Source: an archaeon
GTDB lineage: Archaea; Thermoplasmatota; Thermoplasmata; Methanomassiliicoccales; Methanomethylophilaceae
Length of the DNA: 64,000 bases
Reading direction: 5' to 3'
NCBI GenBank assembly: GCA_024399215.1
Contig: JAKSHT010000001.1
Span: 16,752 to 80,751, forward strand
Position 1 is the first letter of the stretch. The number at the start of each line of letters is the position of its first letter. Positions 1 to 9,180 of this stretch are shown here, piece after piece. The notes beneath the pieces are model-generated. The model was not told the DNA's origin. It saw only the letters and a program-made list of their open reading frames with translations, and did not search any database. The position numbers were made by a program, and so were the translations under genes.

Positions 1-897
1 TTAAATTATTCAAAAGATTGTACGTTTATTACAGTTAATTTTAATCTAAAAACTGAAACATGGGATAAACATTCTGTTATATATCCATTAACACCCCTTT
101 TATGTATACAGAAAACCGACCATCACTTAATACCAATGGGATACAACGGCCCTAATAATGTTTTAAACAATGTAATATTTAATTACGTTCCGGGATCGTC
201 CGAGATTTATCTTAAATATTATGACGAAATTGGATACACAGGCACCGACGGCGTTAACTTACCAATTGATGCTTTAAAAGTCGCGCATCATTATGATAAA
301 TTATTATATAAAACGGCATTAAAAACGACCAGTTTAAAATTAAACGAATCAGCAGATTATATTATTAAATGGCATGAAAATAAAAATAATAACACATTTT
401 CAAACTCTGTTATAAACATTAAAGAGAAATATCCAAATGCCCAATTTTACAAAATCAATTTAAGCAATTTTATAAAATGTGGCGATTCAATAAGAATTAA
501 TACGTACGATTATAAAATAGAAAATAACCAAATATATTTAGAAAAGCCATATAATCTTAAAGATATTGACATTTTATATGAAAATGACAAATGTTCTTTA
601 AAATTCAATGATGTTAATAAAACTGAAGATTTAGGCAAAATAATAGATAATAAAATTGTATTTAGCGGAGATTGGGGATTCACGCCAAAATATTATGAAG
701 GCAATCATATCGAAAATATAGAACATAAATGGAATGTGAATCCATTTTCTATTTTTGAAATGAATAAAACCATTATTGTGGAATTTATTGGGGCTGTTAT
801 TCTTTTATCGGGAATATGTACTTACACAATCGGCCTTAACTACACTGACTGGGCTGTAATAATTTTCGTAATCGGACTTATTCTAATAATATGGTAA
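1..897 (+). CDS. 5'-truncated AT-rich hypothetical protein with two C-terminal hydrophobic segments (membrane anchored)
   Basis: Frame 1 is open from base 1 (LNYSKDCTF...) into the listed ORF 136..897. Very AT-rich, N/K/I/Y-rich, with a hydrophobic C-terminus. Confidence 0.75.
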   Translation, partial: LNYSKDCTFITVNFNLKTETWDKHSVIYPLTPLLCIQKTDHHLIPMGYNGPNNVLNNVIFNYVPGSSEIYLKYYDEIGYTGTDGVNLPIDALKVAHHYDKLLYKTALKTTSLKLNESADYIIKWHENKNNNTFSNSVINIKEKYPNAQFYKINLSNFIKCGDSIRINTYDYKIENNQIYLEKPYNLKDIDILYENDKCSLKFNDVNKTEDLGKIIDNKIVFSGDWGFTPKYYEGNHIENIEHKWNVNPFSIFEMNKTIIVEFIGAVILLSGICTYTIGLNYTDWAVIIFVIGLILIIW

Positions 898-1062
898 TAC
901 GAACATTGATATAAAAACGAATACAAAGCTCCGACAATACTAAGGCTAATCTAATCCTTGAACAACTTTACTGAAAACACGCAACGCCCGGCAATTTGCA
1001 TGGGCCGATACCCTCTCCTGGCGAGACGCACAATCCAAATCTCTAGACATAATGTACCAATC

Positions 1063-1827
1063 CTAGAAATCGCCACTATTTTTGTCGAAGTATTCAGTTA
1101 TAGATTTCAAAAGTTCATCGAACGTAGCCCTCATTGGAATAATATTCACATGTATTCCTCTATCTTCCAACTCAGTCTTTGTAGGCTCACCAATTGCAGC
1201 GACGACCGCATTTGAAAATACTTGCTTTAGAGGCATCTCCATAGCATCAGCAAATGATTTCACTGACATTTTACTAGTAAAGGCGAATACATCAACTACA
1301 CCACTTACAACTGCCTTTCTTATATCATCGACGTCCCCTTTGTGACTCTCCAGAGAATAAGCAATAAGCTCATCGACAGAAAATCCTAAATCGATTAATC
1401 CATTTTTAAGAACTGGCGACCCCTTATCGGAGTGCACTATCAGGACCTTTTCATTTTCATATCTACCCATACAACTTACAAGGCCAGATGACGTATATTC
1501 GGATGGCATTAATGACGTTTCAATACCATGTGACAAAAGCGATGAACGAGTCTTTGGACCAATTGCAACCACATCTACTCCAGAAAATAAGGATGCAAAC
1601 TTGTCTTCCCACTCAGTAAAGCATTCTTCAACCGCAGTTGAGGAAGAAAATATCGCCATTTTATACAAGCCATCCACCAGTCTCTTCTCAATATCAAGGT
1701 ATTGATCCTTTTTTCCATGAATTATGTCGAGAGACGGAGCAGCTATAACATTAAAATTTGACCTCTCTGCCTGTTCTATAGATTCTTTCAACCGCCTAGA
1801 AGGCCGAGTAAATACCAATGTTCTCAA
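1063..1827 (-). CDS. hemD: uroporphyrinogen-III synthase
   Basis: VFTRP start, AIGPKT and AAIGEPT motifs; last gene of the hem operon. Confidence 0.9.
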   Translation of the reverse strand: MRTLVFTRPSRRLKESIEQAERSNFNVIAAPSLDIIHGKKDQYLDIEKRLVDGLYKMAIFSSSTAVEECFTEWEDKFASLFSGVDVVAIGPKTRSSLLSHGIETSLMPSEYTSSGLVSCMGRYENEKVLIVHSDKGSPVLKNGLIDLGFSVDELIAYSLESHKGDVDDIRKAVVSGVVDVFAFTSKMSVKSFADAMEMPLKQVFSNAVVAAIGEPTKTELEDRGIHVNIIPMRATFDELLKSITEYFDKNSGDF

Positions 1828-3413
1828 CGAAGATCACCCAATCTTTTACGCTCTGAAACTACATTACCAATAACTATTATTCCTGGAGCTTTCAGCTTAT
1901 TCTCACATATAGTCTCCTCCAATTTGTCTAAGGTGGTTATAGCAATACATTGCTCCGATTTTGCACCACTGGATATAATTGCGACCTCGGTACACGGGGC
2001 CTTTCCCCCATCTATAAGATTCTTTGAGATTGCTGCTGCATTGCCCATCCCCATCAATACTACAAGTGTACCATCCATCCTCGCGGCTGATGTCCAATTA
2101 ATATTGCCTCCAGCCTTACTATGTCCAGTCAATATTGTTACCGACGATGCATAATCTCTGTGTGTAACAGGTATGCCCGCCAATTCAGGAACTGCAATAG
2201 ATGAAGACACACCTGGAACCACTGTAACAGGTATGCCCGCCATTCTCAGAGCGGCAACTTCTTCTGCTCCCCTTCCAAATAAAAACGGATCGCCTCCTTT
2301 AAGTCTAACAACTCTTCTTCCGCGTTTTCCGTAATCAATCAAAAGTTCGTTTATCTCAGCCTGTGTTTTAGTATGATTACTACCTCTCTTACCAACATCT
2401 ACTAGCTCCGCAGATTGGCACTCTTTGAGAAGAGATAGATCTATTAATGCATCATAGACAACAACCTCGGCCGACCGAAGCAACTCAAAGCCTCTTACCG
2501 TAATCAAGTCATAGTCTCCCGGACCAGCACCAACTAAGTAAACGTGCCCCCCATTCCTGCCCCGAAGAGTATTGACTGCATCTTTTAGAATCATCCTACT
2601 GCACCCGATAGACATAGTACTCTTAAAGGAAGTTTTAGTACCTGTTTCAAAAGAGACTGCATTAACTGATATTTTGTCATCTATTACCTTAGCGTTAATA
2701 CCAATCGGCGATGAACAACCTGCGCCCATTAACTTCATTAAATAACGTTCTGTATCAACTTCCAGACGAGTTTTACCGCTATCAAGACCTTTTAGCAAAT
2801 TAGTTGTCTCTTTATCGTCAGACCTACAAACAGCAGCAATAGCTCCTTGAGCAGGCGCTGGTACGAAAACCTCCGGATCAAGAATCGCCATGGGTCTATC
2901 TATATCCAGTCTGTCTAGTCCAGCTTTCGCCAAGATGATAGCATCATATTGTCCAGAATCTAATTTCGAAATACGGGTTCTTACGTTTCCCCTGAGTAAT
3001 TTTGCTTTTATGTCCGGCCTAACGTCTCTTAAAATAGCCCTTCTGCGTATTGACGATGTCCCAACCACTGCTCCATATTTCAACTCCTCTAACGAACACG
3101 GAATACATACGTCTCGAACATCTGCTCTAGGAAGCACTACAGGTACGCATAAACCTTCATGAATATCTATAGGCATATCCTTCATAGAGTTAATAGCAAC
3201 ATCTATTTCCCCGTGTAAAAGTGCAATATCTAATGCTCCAACAAAAGCCCCAGAGTCCTGAAATTTATTCAGGGGGGATTCCAGATCAATGTCACCAGAG
3301 GAACGAATCGGAACTATTTCTACATCAATATTCGGAGCCACATTTTTTAGTGCATCTAAAAATATATCCACCTGTCTTAAAGCAAGCTCACTCTCCCTAG
3401 TTCCTATCTTCAT
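1824..3413 (-). CDS. hemC-cobA: fused hydroxymethylbilane synthase (HemC) / uroporphyrinogen-III C-methyltransferase (CobA)
   Basis: N-terminal IGTRESELA, GTSSIRR, RGNVRTR, GCSSPIG (HemC); C-terminal LVGAGPGD, RLKGGDPFLFGRG, AGIPVTHR (CobA). Confidence 0.93.
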   Translation of the reverse strand: MKIGTRESELALRQVDIFLDALKNVAPNIDVEIVPIRSSGDIDLESPLNKFQDSGAFVGALDIALLHGEIDVAINSMKDMPIDIHEGLCVPVVLPRADVRDVCIPCSLEELKYGAVVGTSSIRRRAILRDVRPDIKAKLLRGNVRTRISKLDSGQYDAIILAKAGLDRLDIDRPMAILDPEVFVPAPAQGAIAAVCRSDDKETTNLLKGLDSGKTRLEVDTERYLMKLMGAGCSSPIGINAKVIDDKISVNAVSFETGTKTSFKSTMSIGCSRMILKDAVNTLRGRNGGHVYLVGAGPGDYDLITVRGFELLRSAEVVVYDALIDLSLLKECQSAELVDVGKRGSNHTKTQAEINELLIDYGKRGRRVVRLKGGDPFLFGRGAEEVAALRMAGIPVTVVPGVSSSIAVPELAGIPVTHRDYASSVTILTGHSKAGGNINWTSAARMDGTLVVLMGMGNAAAISKNLIDGGKAPCTEVAIISSGAKSEQCIAITTLDKLEETICENKLKAPGIIVIGNVVSERKRLGDLR

Positions 3414-4674
3414 TTTTCATGGTCTCCACATATTGGCCAAACTTCTCACAAAACTTGTCTACAACACCATAACTATGCGCTGTCGATAGAAATTCAACCT
3501 CCATTTTAGATGGAGGAAGATAGAAGCCCTCTTTTAACATGAATCTGAAAAAGTCATAAAACGCTTTGGAATCGGCTTCTCTCGCATCCACAGCATTAAG
3601 TACTGATTCTTTTCCAAAAAATATTTGAAACATAGACGGTGCGCTATTAAACGTCGCTGTTATGTTTTTGTCATGTATAATATCCCTCACAGCTTTAGAT
3701 ATTATCTCTGTCTTCTTTCTCAATTTCTTATATCTACTATCCGTCATATTTTTAATAGTTGTCAATCCAGCAACAGCTGTAATTGGGTTACCAGAAAAAG
3801 TTCCAGCTTCATAAATAGGGCCTGACGGAGCTATCATTTCCATTATATCAGATCTGCCCGCAAATGCCCCAACTGGAAATCCCCCACCAATTATTTTTCC
3901 CATTGTGCACATATCTGGTACCACACCAAAAAGCTCCTGTGCTCCACCCTTTGCAACTCTATATCCGGTAATCACTTCATCAAATATTAGGAGGACGTCA
4001 TTTTCTTTCGTGATACGTCTCACTTCGCCAAGATAATCTTTTTTGGGTAATATAACTCCCATATTTCCCGGAATTGGCTCCATTATAACGGCCGCTATAC
4101 TCTTGTCAGACTCTAGCAAACTAGCGAGAAACTCTGCATCATTGTACGGTGCAATTCGAGTGTTACGAATCGAATCCTCTGGGATTCCTCCCGAAAAAGG
4201 CGTTATTTTTTGACTATTTCCATTAACCATAAGATCATTGTGTGATCCATGAAATCCACCGTCAATTTTAACAATTGCACTTTTTTTCGTAAATCCTCTA
4301 GCTAAACGTATTGCGTGCATAGTTGCCTCCGTCCCAGAATTAGTAAGACGAACGGAATCGGCGCAAGCTACATCGTTGCATATTCTTCTTAAAAGTTCCA
4401 TTTCAGCTTCTGATGGCATGCCATAAACGCATCCTTTAAGCATCTGTTTCCTAACTGCTGTTACCACCAAAGGATGACAGTGGCCCAATATCAGAGGGCC
4501 ATAAGCCATACACATGTCAACATACCTATTCCCGTCCTGATCTTCTATAATGTCTTTCTCTCCTAATTTCGCAAATAATGGATAGGGCTTAAATGCGCGC
4601 ACTGGACTGGATACGCCTGCTGGTGTTAAATCGCACATCACCGAATACATCTCTTCCGATCTTTTAGTATTCAT
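3397..4674 (-). CDS. hemL: glutamate-1-semialdehyde 2,1-aminomutase
   Basis: GVSSPVRAF, NSGTEATM, FDEVITG, GKIIGGG, GTFSGNP motifs. Confidence 0.95.
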   Translation of the reverse strand: MNTKRSEEMYSVMCDLTPAGVSSPVRAFKPYPLFAKLGEKDIIEDQDGNRYVDMCMAYGPLILGHCHPLVVTAVRKQMLKGCVYGMPSEAEMELLRRICNDVACADSVRLTNSGTEATMHAIRLARGFTKKSAIVKIDGGFHGSHNDLMVNGNSQKITPFSGGIPEDSIRNTRIAPYNDAEFLASLLESDKSIAAVIMEPIPGNMGVILPKKDYLGEVRRITKENDVLLIFDEVITGYRVAKGGAQELFGVVPDMCTMGKIIGGGFPVGAFAGRSDIMEMIAPSGPIYEAGTFSGNPITAVAGLTTIKNMTDSRYKKLRKKTEIISKAVRDIIHDKNITATFNSAPSMFQIFFGKESVLNAVDAREADSKAFYDFFRFMLKEGFYLPPSKMEVEFLSTAHSYGVVDKFCEKFGQYVETMKNEDRN

Positions 4675-5645
4675 AACATCCTCCTAAGCTCTTCCGCAGC
4701 CTTTTCTGCAAAATATGTTATTATCATATCTGCACCCGCTCTTTTAATAGAAATTAAAGATTCCATCATCGCATGGTCTCCATCAATCCAGTTATTAGCG
4801 GCTGCAGCCTGTATCATTGCATATTCTCCGGATACCTGATACGCTGCAATCGGGTTATCGAACCTATTACGAGCTTCGTGAATAATATCCATATAAGGCA
4901 GCGCAGGCTTAATCATAATTATGTCCGCCCCTTCATTAACGTCTAATGCTATCTCCCTCATTGCCTCTCTACTATTGCTGCACTGCATTTGATAAGTAGA
5001 ACGATCGCCTTTGAACGAAGAATTCACAGCATCCCTGAATGGCCCGTAAAATGAACTACAATATTTTGCGCTATACGCCATAATCAAAACGTCTGAGAAG
5101 TTGGCATCATCCAATGCCATCCTTATTGCACTGACTTGTCCATCCATCATTCCACTTGGTGCAATTATATCTGCACCTGCCTCTGCTTGCGAAACTGCTA
5201 TCTTGCCATACTGCAACAATGTTTTATCGTTGTCAATAACACCATCGTGCACAATACCGCAATGTCCATGATCTGTGTATTCACACATGCACAAATCAGA
5301 AATAACCACAAGATTCGAATTATCCTTCAATCCACGTATCGCTCTTTGCGAAACACCGTTGGATAAACTAGCCTGGGATCCATACATATCCTTATTTTTA
5401 GGTGTGCCAAAAACTATTACAGACTTTACGCCACTCTCTTCTATACTACTTCCAACTTGTTCGTATCTTGACAACGGATGATTTACAACCCCTGGCATTG
5501 AAGCCACTGGCCTATCTGTTGAGATATTCTCATCAAAAAACAATGGAAGTATAAAATCAGATGAAGCAACAGAAGTCTCCGCGACAAGATCCTCTATTAT
5601 CCTGTTTCTTCTAAGTCTCCTCATTCTTACCTCTGGGTATTTCAT
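4671..5645 (-). CDS. hemB: porphobilinogen synthase (Zn-dependent)
   Basis: CMCEYTDHGHC, APSGMMDG, FYGPFRDA, YQVSGEY motifs. Confidence 0.96.
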   Translation of the reverse strand: MKYPEVRMRRLRRNRIIEDLVAETSVASSDFILPLFFDENISTDRPVASMPGVVNHPLSRYEQVGSSIEESGVKSVIVFGTPKNKDMYGSQASLSNGVSQRAIRGLKDNSNLVVISDLCMCEYTDHGHCGIVHDGVIDNDKTLLQYGKIAVSQAEAGADIIAPSGMMDGQVSAIRMALDDANFSDVLIMAYSAKYCSSFYGPFRDAVNSSFKGDRSTYQMQCSNSREAMREIALDVNEGADIIMIKPALPYMDIIHEARNRFDNPIAAYQVSGEYAMIQAAAANNWIDGDHAMMESLISIKRAGADMIITYFAEKAAEELRRML

Positions 5646-6886
5646 TTGTTATCAACCTCGAAAAGACTTGCAGCCACGTTGCAGACCTCTACGTGTCCGC
5701 CTCTTGAAGCCTCTTTTAATTTATCAAATAGCCTAGCAAAAAGTCGAGAAACCAGCACGTGAGATAAACTATCTATAACCTCATCTACATCCGCCCCTCC
5801 CCTCACTCTCGATTTAGCAAAATTAGCTTCTCTCAAGCATATTTCTGAGGACATGGACAATATATTAGCAATTATCGCGCTAACTCTCCGATCCTTCATT
5901 TCATCATCAATGTTTTTAAGCTCTAAATTAACAATCCGTTCCGCTGATACTATCTCATCCCGTCGGCTCGAAAGATTTTCCTGTGCAATTGCATTTATAT
6001 CTCCTATCGAGTCAACCTCAACATTCTTCAGCTTGTTCAACTCATCGGATACATTACGTGGGACGGAAATATCTATTATCAGGAGTTTTGAAGATCTGCC
6101 CTCCATAGCCTCCTCTATAATCTCTCTACTTACCAGTATATGTGGAGCATTCGTAGCAACTATGGCCAAATCAGATTTTTTAAGAACTTTTGCGACATTG
6201 CAAAAATTCACTGCCCTACCGCCAATCTCATTAGCAAGTACTCTAGCATGCTCAAATGTCCTATTAGACACAAATATGGAATCGAGACCTTTTCCCTTCA
6301 AGTTTTTAGCAATAACTGTTGCCATATCACCAGCTCCCACAATGGCAACTACTTTACCAGAAAGACTCCCAAGTTTTTTCTCAGCTAGTTGCACAGCGGC
6401 CGATCCAACAGATATAGCACCAACATTTAATTTCGTCTCTGTTCTCACTTTTTTCCCCGTATAAAGGGCCTTTTCAAAAACCATGCCCATAACACCGGAA
6501 ATATGGCCCTCTTCCTTTGCCTTCAAATATGCATTCTTAACCTGACTCTGTATCTGATCCTCACCGACCATCAATGAATCCAACCCACATGTAACCCTAA
6601 ACAAATGTCTTACACATGCCATATCCACCAAAATATACCAAATAACTGAATTTCCAGCGAAAGGAATCTCCCTTCTGGCGTATCCTTCCAATAACGCCTT
6701 CATCTGCTCTGGACTATCTGTTGAAAGATATATTTCGAATCTGTTACAGGTCTTAAGGATAATATACTCCTTTATGAGGGTCGTATTGCAAACAAAATTC
6801 TTAGCACCACTCTCCATGATTGGTATAACATCAGCAATCGTGTCCAGGCCCGCAGATGAATGCGTAACATGCAAACTCATTAGCAT
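5642..6886 (-). CDS. hemA: glutamyl-tRNA reductase
   Basis: TCNR catalytic motif, GLDSLMVGEDQI, GAGDMA, DISVPRN. Confidence 0.95.
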   Translation of the reverse strand: MLMSLHVTHSSAGLDTIADVIPIMESGAKNFVCNTTLIKEYIILKTCNRFEIYLSTDSPEQMKALLEGYARREIPFAGNSVIWYILVDMACVRHLFRVTCGLDSLMVGEDQIQSQVKNAYLKAKEEGHISGVMGMVFEKALYTGKKVRTETKLNVGAISVGSAAVQLAEKKLGSLSGKVVAIVGAGDMATVIAKNLKGKGLDSIFVSNRTFEHARVLANEIGGRAVNFCNVAKVLKKSDLAIVATNAPHILVSREIIEEAMEGRSSKLLIIDISVPRNVSDELNKLKNVEVDSIGDINAIAQENLSSRRDEIVSAERIVNLELKNIDDEMKDRRVSAIIANILSMSSEICLREANFAKSRVRGGADVDEVIDSLSHVLVSRLFARLFDKLKEASRGGHVEVCNVAASLFEVDNK

Positions 6887-7509
6887 ACAAATCCCCCCTT
6901 CTTCAAAGCTGCTACTCTAGCCTCTTCAATATACCCATTATTGACGAGAAACTGAATTTTTTCATCGTATATTATCGACTTTAAAAATTCACTCCTTTGA
7001 CTTTGTGACTTAAATTCTCTTTTAGCTCTATCACGCATTTCAATCATCAAATCTAACATGCAATCATACTCTCTGCCAAGAAGTGTGTCAAGCCTTTTAA
7101 CAACATAAGGCGGAAAAATAGGGACACGTCCTTCAGATGATACAGCCACAGTATAAGACCCACGTCTAAGGACAGACGGTATTAGGACATTACCTCCTCC
7201 GTGAGCTGAATTCACACCAACTCCCACGGAAAGAGCATCGTCTCGTATAGAATCATTAATTGCTTTGTCATCGGTAGCAGCAATGACAATATTGTAAGGT
7301 TTTATCATCTGTTTCACATCCGCAGGAATTTCTTCAACAATTATTTCTGATGCTAACTCCTCCAATTCCGGGAGAATATTTTTCGACATTACAGTTATCT
7401 TCGAACTCCTAAAATATTTACACTTTCTTAATGCAACATTCCCTCCTCCAAATACTATTACTCTCAAATTAGACGCATTTACGAACACCGGAATAAACTG
7501 TTCATTCAT
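6880..7509 (-). CDS. sirC: precorrin-2 dehydrogenase / sirohydrochlorin ferrochelatase (SirC / CysG N-terminal-like)
   Basis: GGGNVALRK Rossmann motif, AATDD, head of the hem operon. Confidence 0.85.
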   Translation of the reverse strand: MNEQFIPVFVNASNLRVIVFGGGNVALRKCKYFRSSKITVMSKNILPELEELASEIIVEEIPADVKQMIKPYNIVIAATDDKAINDSIRDDALSVGVGVNSAHGGGNVLIPSVLRRGSYTVAVSSEGRVPIFPPYVVKRLDTLLGREYDCMLDLMIEMRDRAKREFKSQSQRSEFLKSIIYDEKIQFLVNNGYIEEARVAALKKGGFVC

Positions 7510-8133
7510 AACAAGTTATCTCTTCACCATTTTTAAAACTCTATACATCTATTCGTAAAACGCTTCACACCCATCAAATAGCCCTATATATCAATCCAAT
7601 ACCTCCGTCCATGTTCTCGTAAATATAAATCCAATACACCAAAAATCACGTTCTAGTTTTATAAACTCCAGACAATACTCGCCCCCTCAAACCTCTTTCT
7701 TCATAGAAATTTTTCTGCCAGTAGACAATCATCTGCATAAACGAGATAACTTCACTAAATCCATGGACATGTTCGTACTTGACATCATTGACATAAAAAG
7801 AGAACTGCCTCACCAATTGGAACTGTCAATACAATCCCAAAATTCTACCATGCCATTAAACAAACTATTACAGAAAATTTTTCGTCTTATTACATAAATA
7901 TTCAAAAAATAATCGTTAAAACCCCCACATCCCATTGTATGTGTTGGAAATTCAGCATAGCTACGTCACTTCCTCACACAACTTTGTGTCTTATATAAAT
8001 TATAGTCACGATTTTGAACTTAAAACATTTTCGTACATTTGGAGAGTGCCCCAAAATCTTTCTCCAACATCACTATAAAAAGTTAAATAAGGACTATTAC
8101 ATGCTCCTGACCATACCAGCAGAGTGATAAAAG

Positions 8134-8445
8134 ATGGTCGCAGATATTGCCTTTAGTTACTTTGACTTCCTTACAGTTATTCTTTTAGCATTTGCCATTG
8201 TCCTAGCACTTGCCGGGATTTTTGCCGCATACTTCGGTAACGGGAAAAGCAGATCTTTCGGATTCGGTATGATCATTACAGGTCTGCTCGTTGGGATAAC
8301 GTGGATATATCTATGCATAGATGGCGTTATCGACAATGTCGACGCCTGGCACGTATTCGTAAACGCATTCATCAACATGATAGCTGTCGTGTTTGGGGCT
8401 GCTGCCGCTATAGCTATATTCTTAATTTTAATTTTAAAGAGCTAG
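8134..8445 (+). CDS. small hypothetical membrane protein (about 3 TM)
   Basis: Hydrophobic ORF with a YFGNGKSR loop; GAGTGA SD-like sequence upstream. Confidence 0.75.
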   Translation: MVADIAFSYFDFLTVILLAFAIVLALAGIFAAYFGNGKSRSFGFGMIITGLLVGITWIYLCIDGVIDNVDAWHVFVNAFINMIAVVFGAAAAIAIFLILILKS

Positions 8446-8451
8446 GCAACT

Positions 8452-8488
8452 TTTTGATTGCATTGATCTTCGTCAGTGTCCAATCAAA
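8452..8488 (+). terminator. hairpin downstream of the membrane protein gene (putative terminator)
   Basis: TTTGATTG-CATTGA...TCAGTG-TC-CAATCAAA inverted repeat with a T-tract just after the stop codon. Confidence 0.35.
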
Positions 8489-8607
8489 TTACCTAAACCC
8501 CGCCCACAATACTCCCAGCAATTGTTTCATCCCGACAACTTTTTGAAGAGCTGGTTGTCGTATCTTCCCTGGTATTTTTTATATATAGTAATAATAATCG
8601 CACGCGC

Positions 8608-8775
8608 ATGGCGATTGAGAAAACGTGTTCATCTTGCGGCATAAGACTTCAAGATTCGGGAAGTACTTTCTTTAAATGTCCAGACTGTGGAAACGAGGAG
8701 ATTGGAAGATGCGCTCAGTGTCGTGATCAGAGCGTCAAGTATGAATGTAAAAAATGTGGATTCATTGGCCCCTAG
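8608..8775 (+). CDS. small zinc-finger protein (DUF1610 / HVO_2753-like), 55 aa; below the ORF-track size cut-off
   Basis: Own translation MAIEKTCSSCG...FKCPDCG...GRCAQCR...YECKKCGFIGP*; four CxxC motifs; usual archaeal position upstream of EF-1beta; TATA (TTTTATATA) about 25 nt upstream. Confidence 0.92.
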   Translation: MAIEKTCSSCGIRLQDSGSTFFKCPDCGNEEIGRCAQCRDQSVKYECKKCGFIGP

Positions 8776-8784
8776 GTGAAATTC

Positions 8785-9054
8785 ATGGGTCAAATTGCAT
8801 CTGTATACGATATTATGCCAGAAGGTTCTGGTATCGATTTACGCGTGATCATCAAAAGCATCCCAACCGCCATCCCGGCAGGCGTTGAGCTCAAGGAAGT
8901 CAATATTCAGCCGGTAGCCTTCGGAATCGACAAAATAGTTGCATTTTTTATTGTAGACGACTCATATGACAGCATAGGATCAAAACTTGAAAAAGGGCTG
9001 CGCAGCATCGATGGTGTCGGTGAAATTGAGTGTACTGACAGCACGGTTCTCTGA
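8785..9054 (+). CDS. ef1b: translation elongation factor aEF-1beta
   Basis: YDIMPE and PVAFGI motifs; GGTGA SD before ATG 8785. Confidence 0.9.
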   Translation: MGQIASVYDIMPEGSGIDLRVIIKSIPTAIPAGVELKEVNIQPVAFGIDKIVAFFIVDDSYDSIGSKLEKGLRSIDGVGEIECTDSTVL

Positions 9055-9180
9055 GCATCTCAGTGCTAAGCCGGGCTATTTCTCGGATCCAGTACACGCC
9101 CTCTGCATTCACTAGTACTCTAGCCCACATCTCACCAAAAGCCCCGCACTCGCCCCATAAATGAGGGTGAGAAACAGGGA

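Noticed and set aside
897-1062. Possible att site or tRNA fragment at the edge of the AT-rich gene
   Set aside because: No tRNA-like 3' end or repeat partner recognisable within the window.
2163-2242. Exact 20-nt direct repeat TGTAACAGGTATGCCCGCCA at 60-nt spacing
   Set aside because: It encodes the twice-occurring AGIPVT motif normal for CobA; only two copies, inside a CDS, not CRISPR.
8447-8550. 11-nt direct repeat CAACTTTTTGA twice, plus a CGACAAC/GTTGTCG hairpin
   Set aside because: Only two short copies; most simply explained as T-tract terminators.
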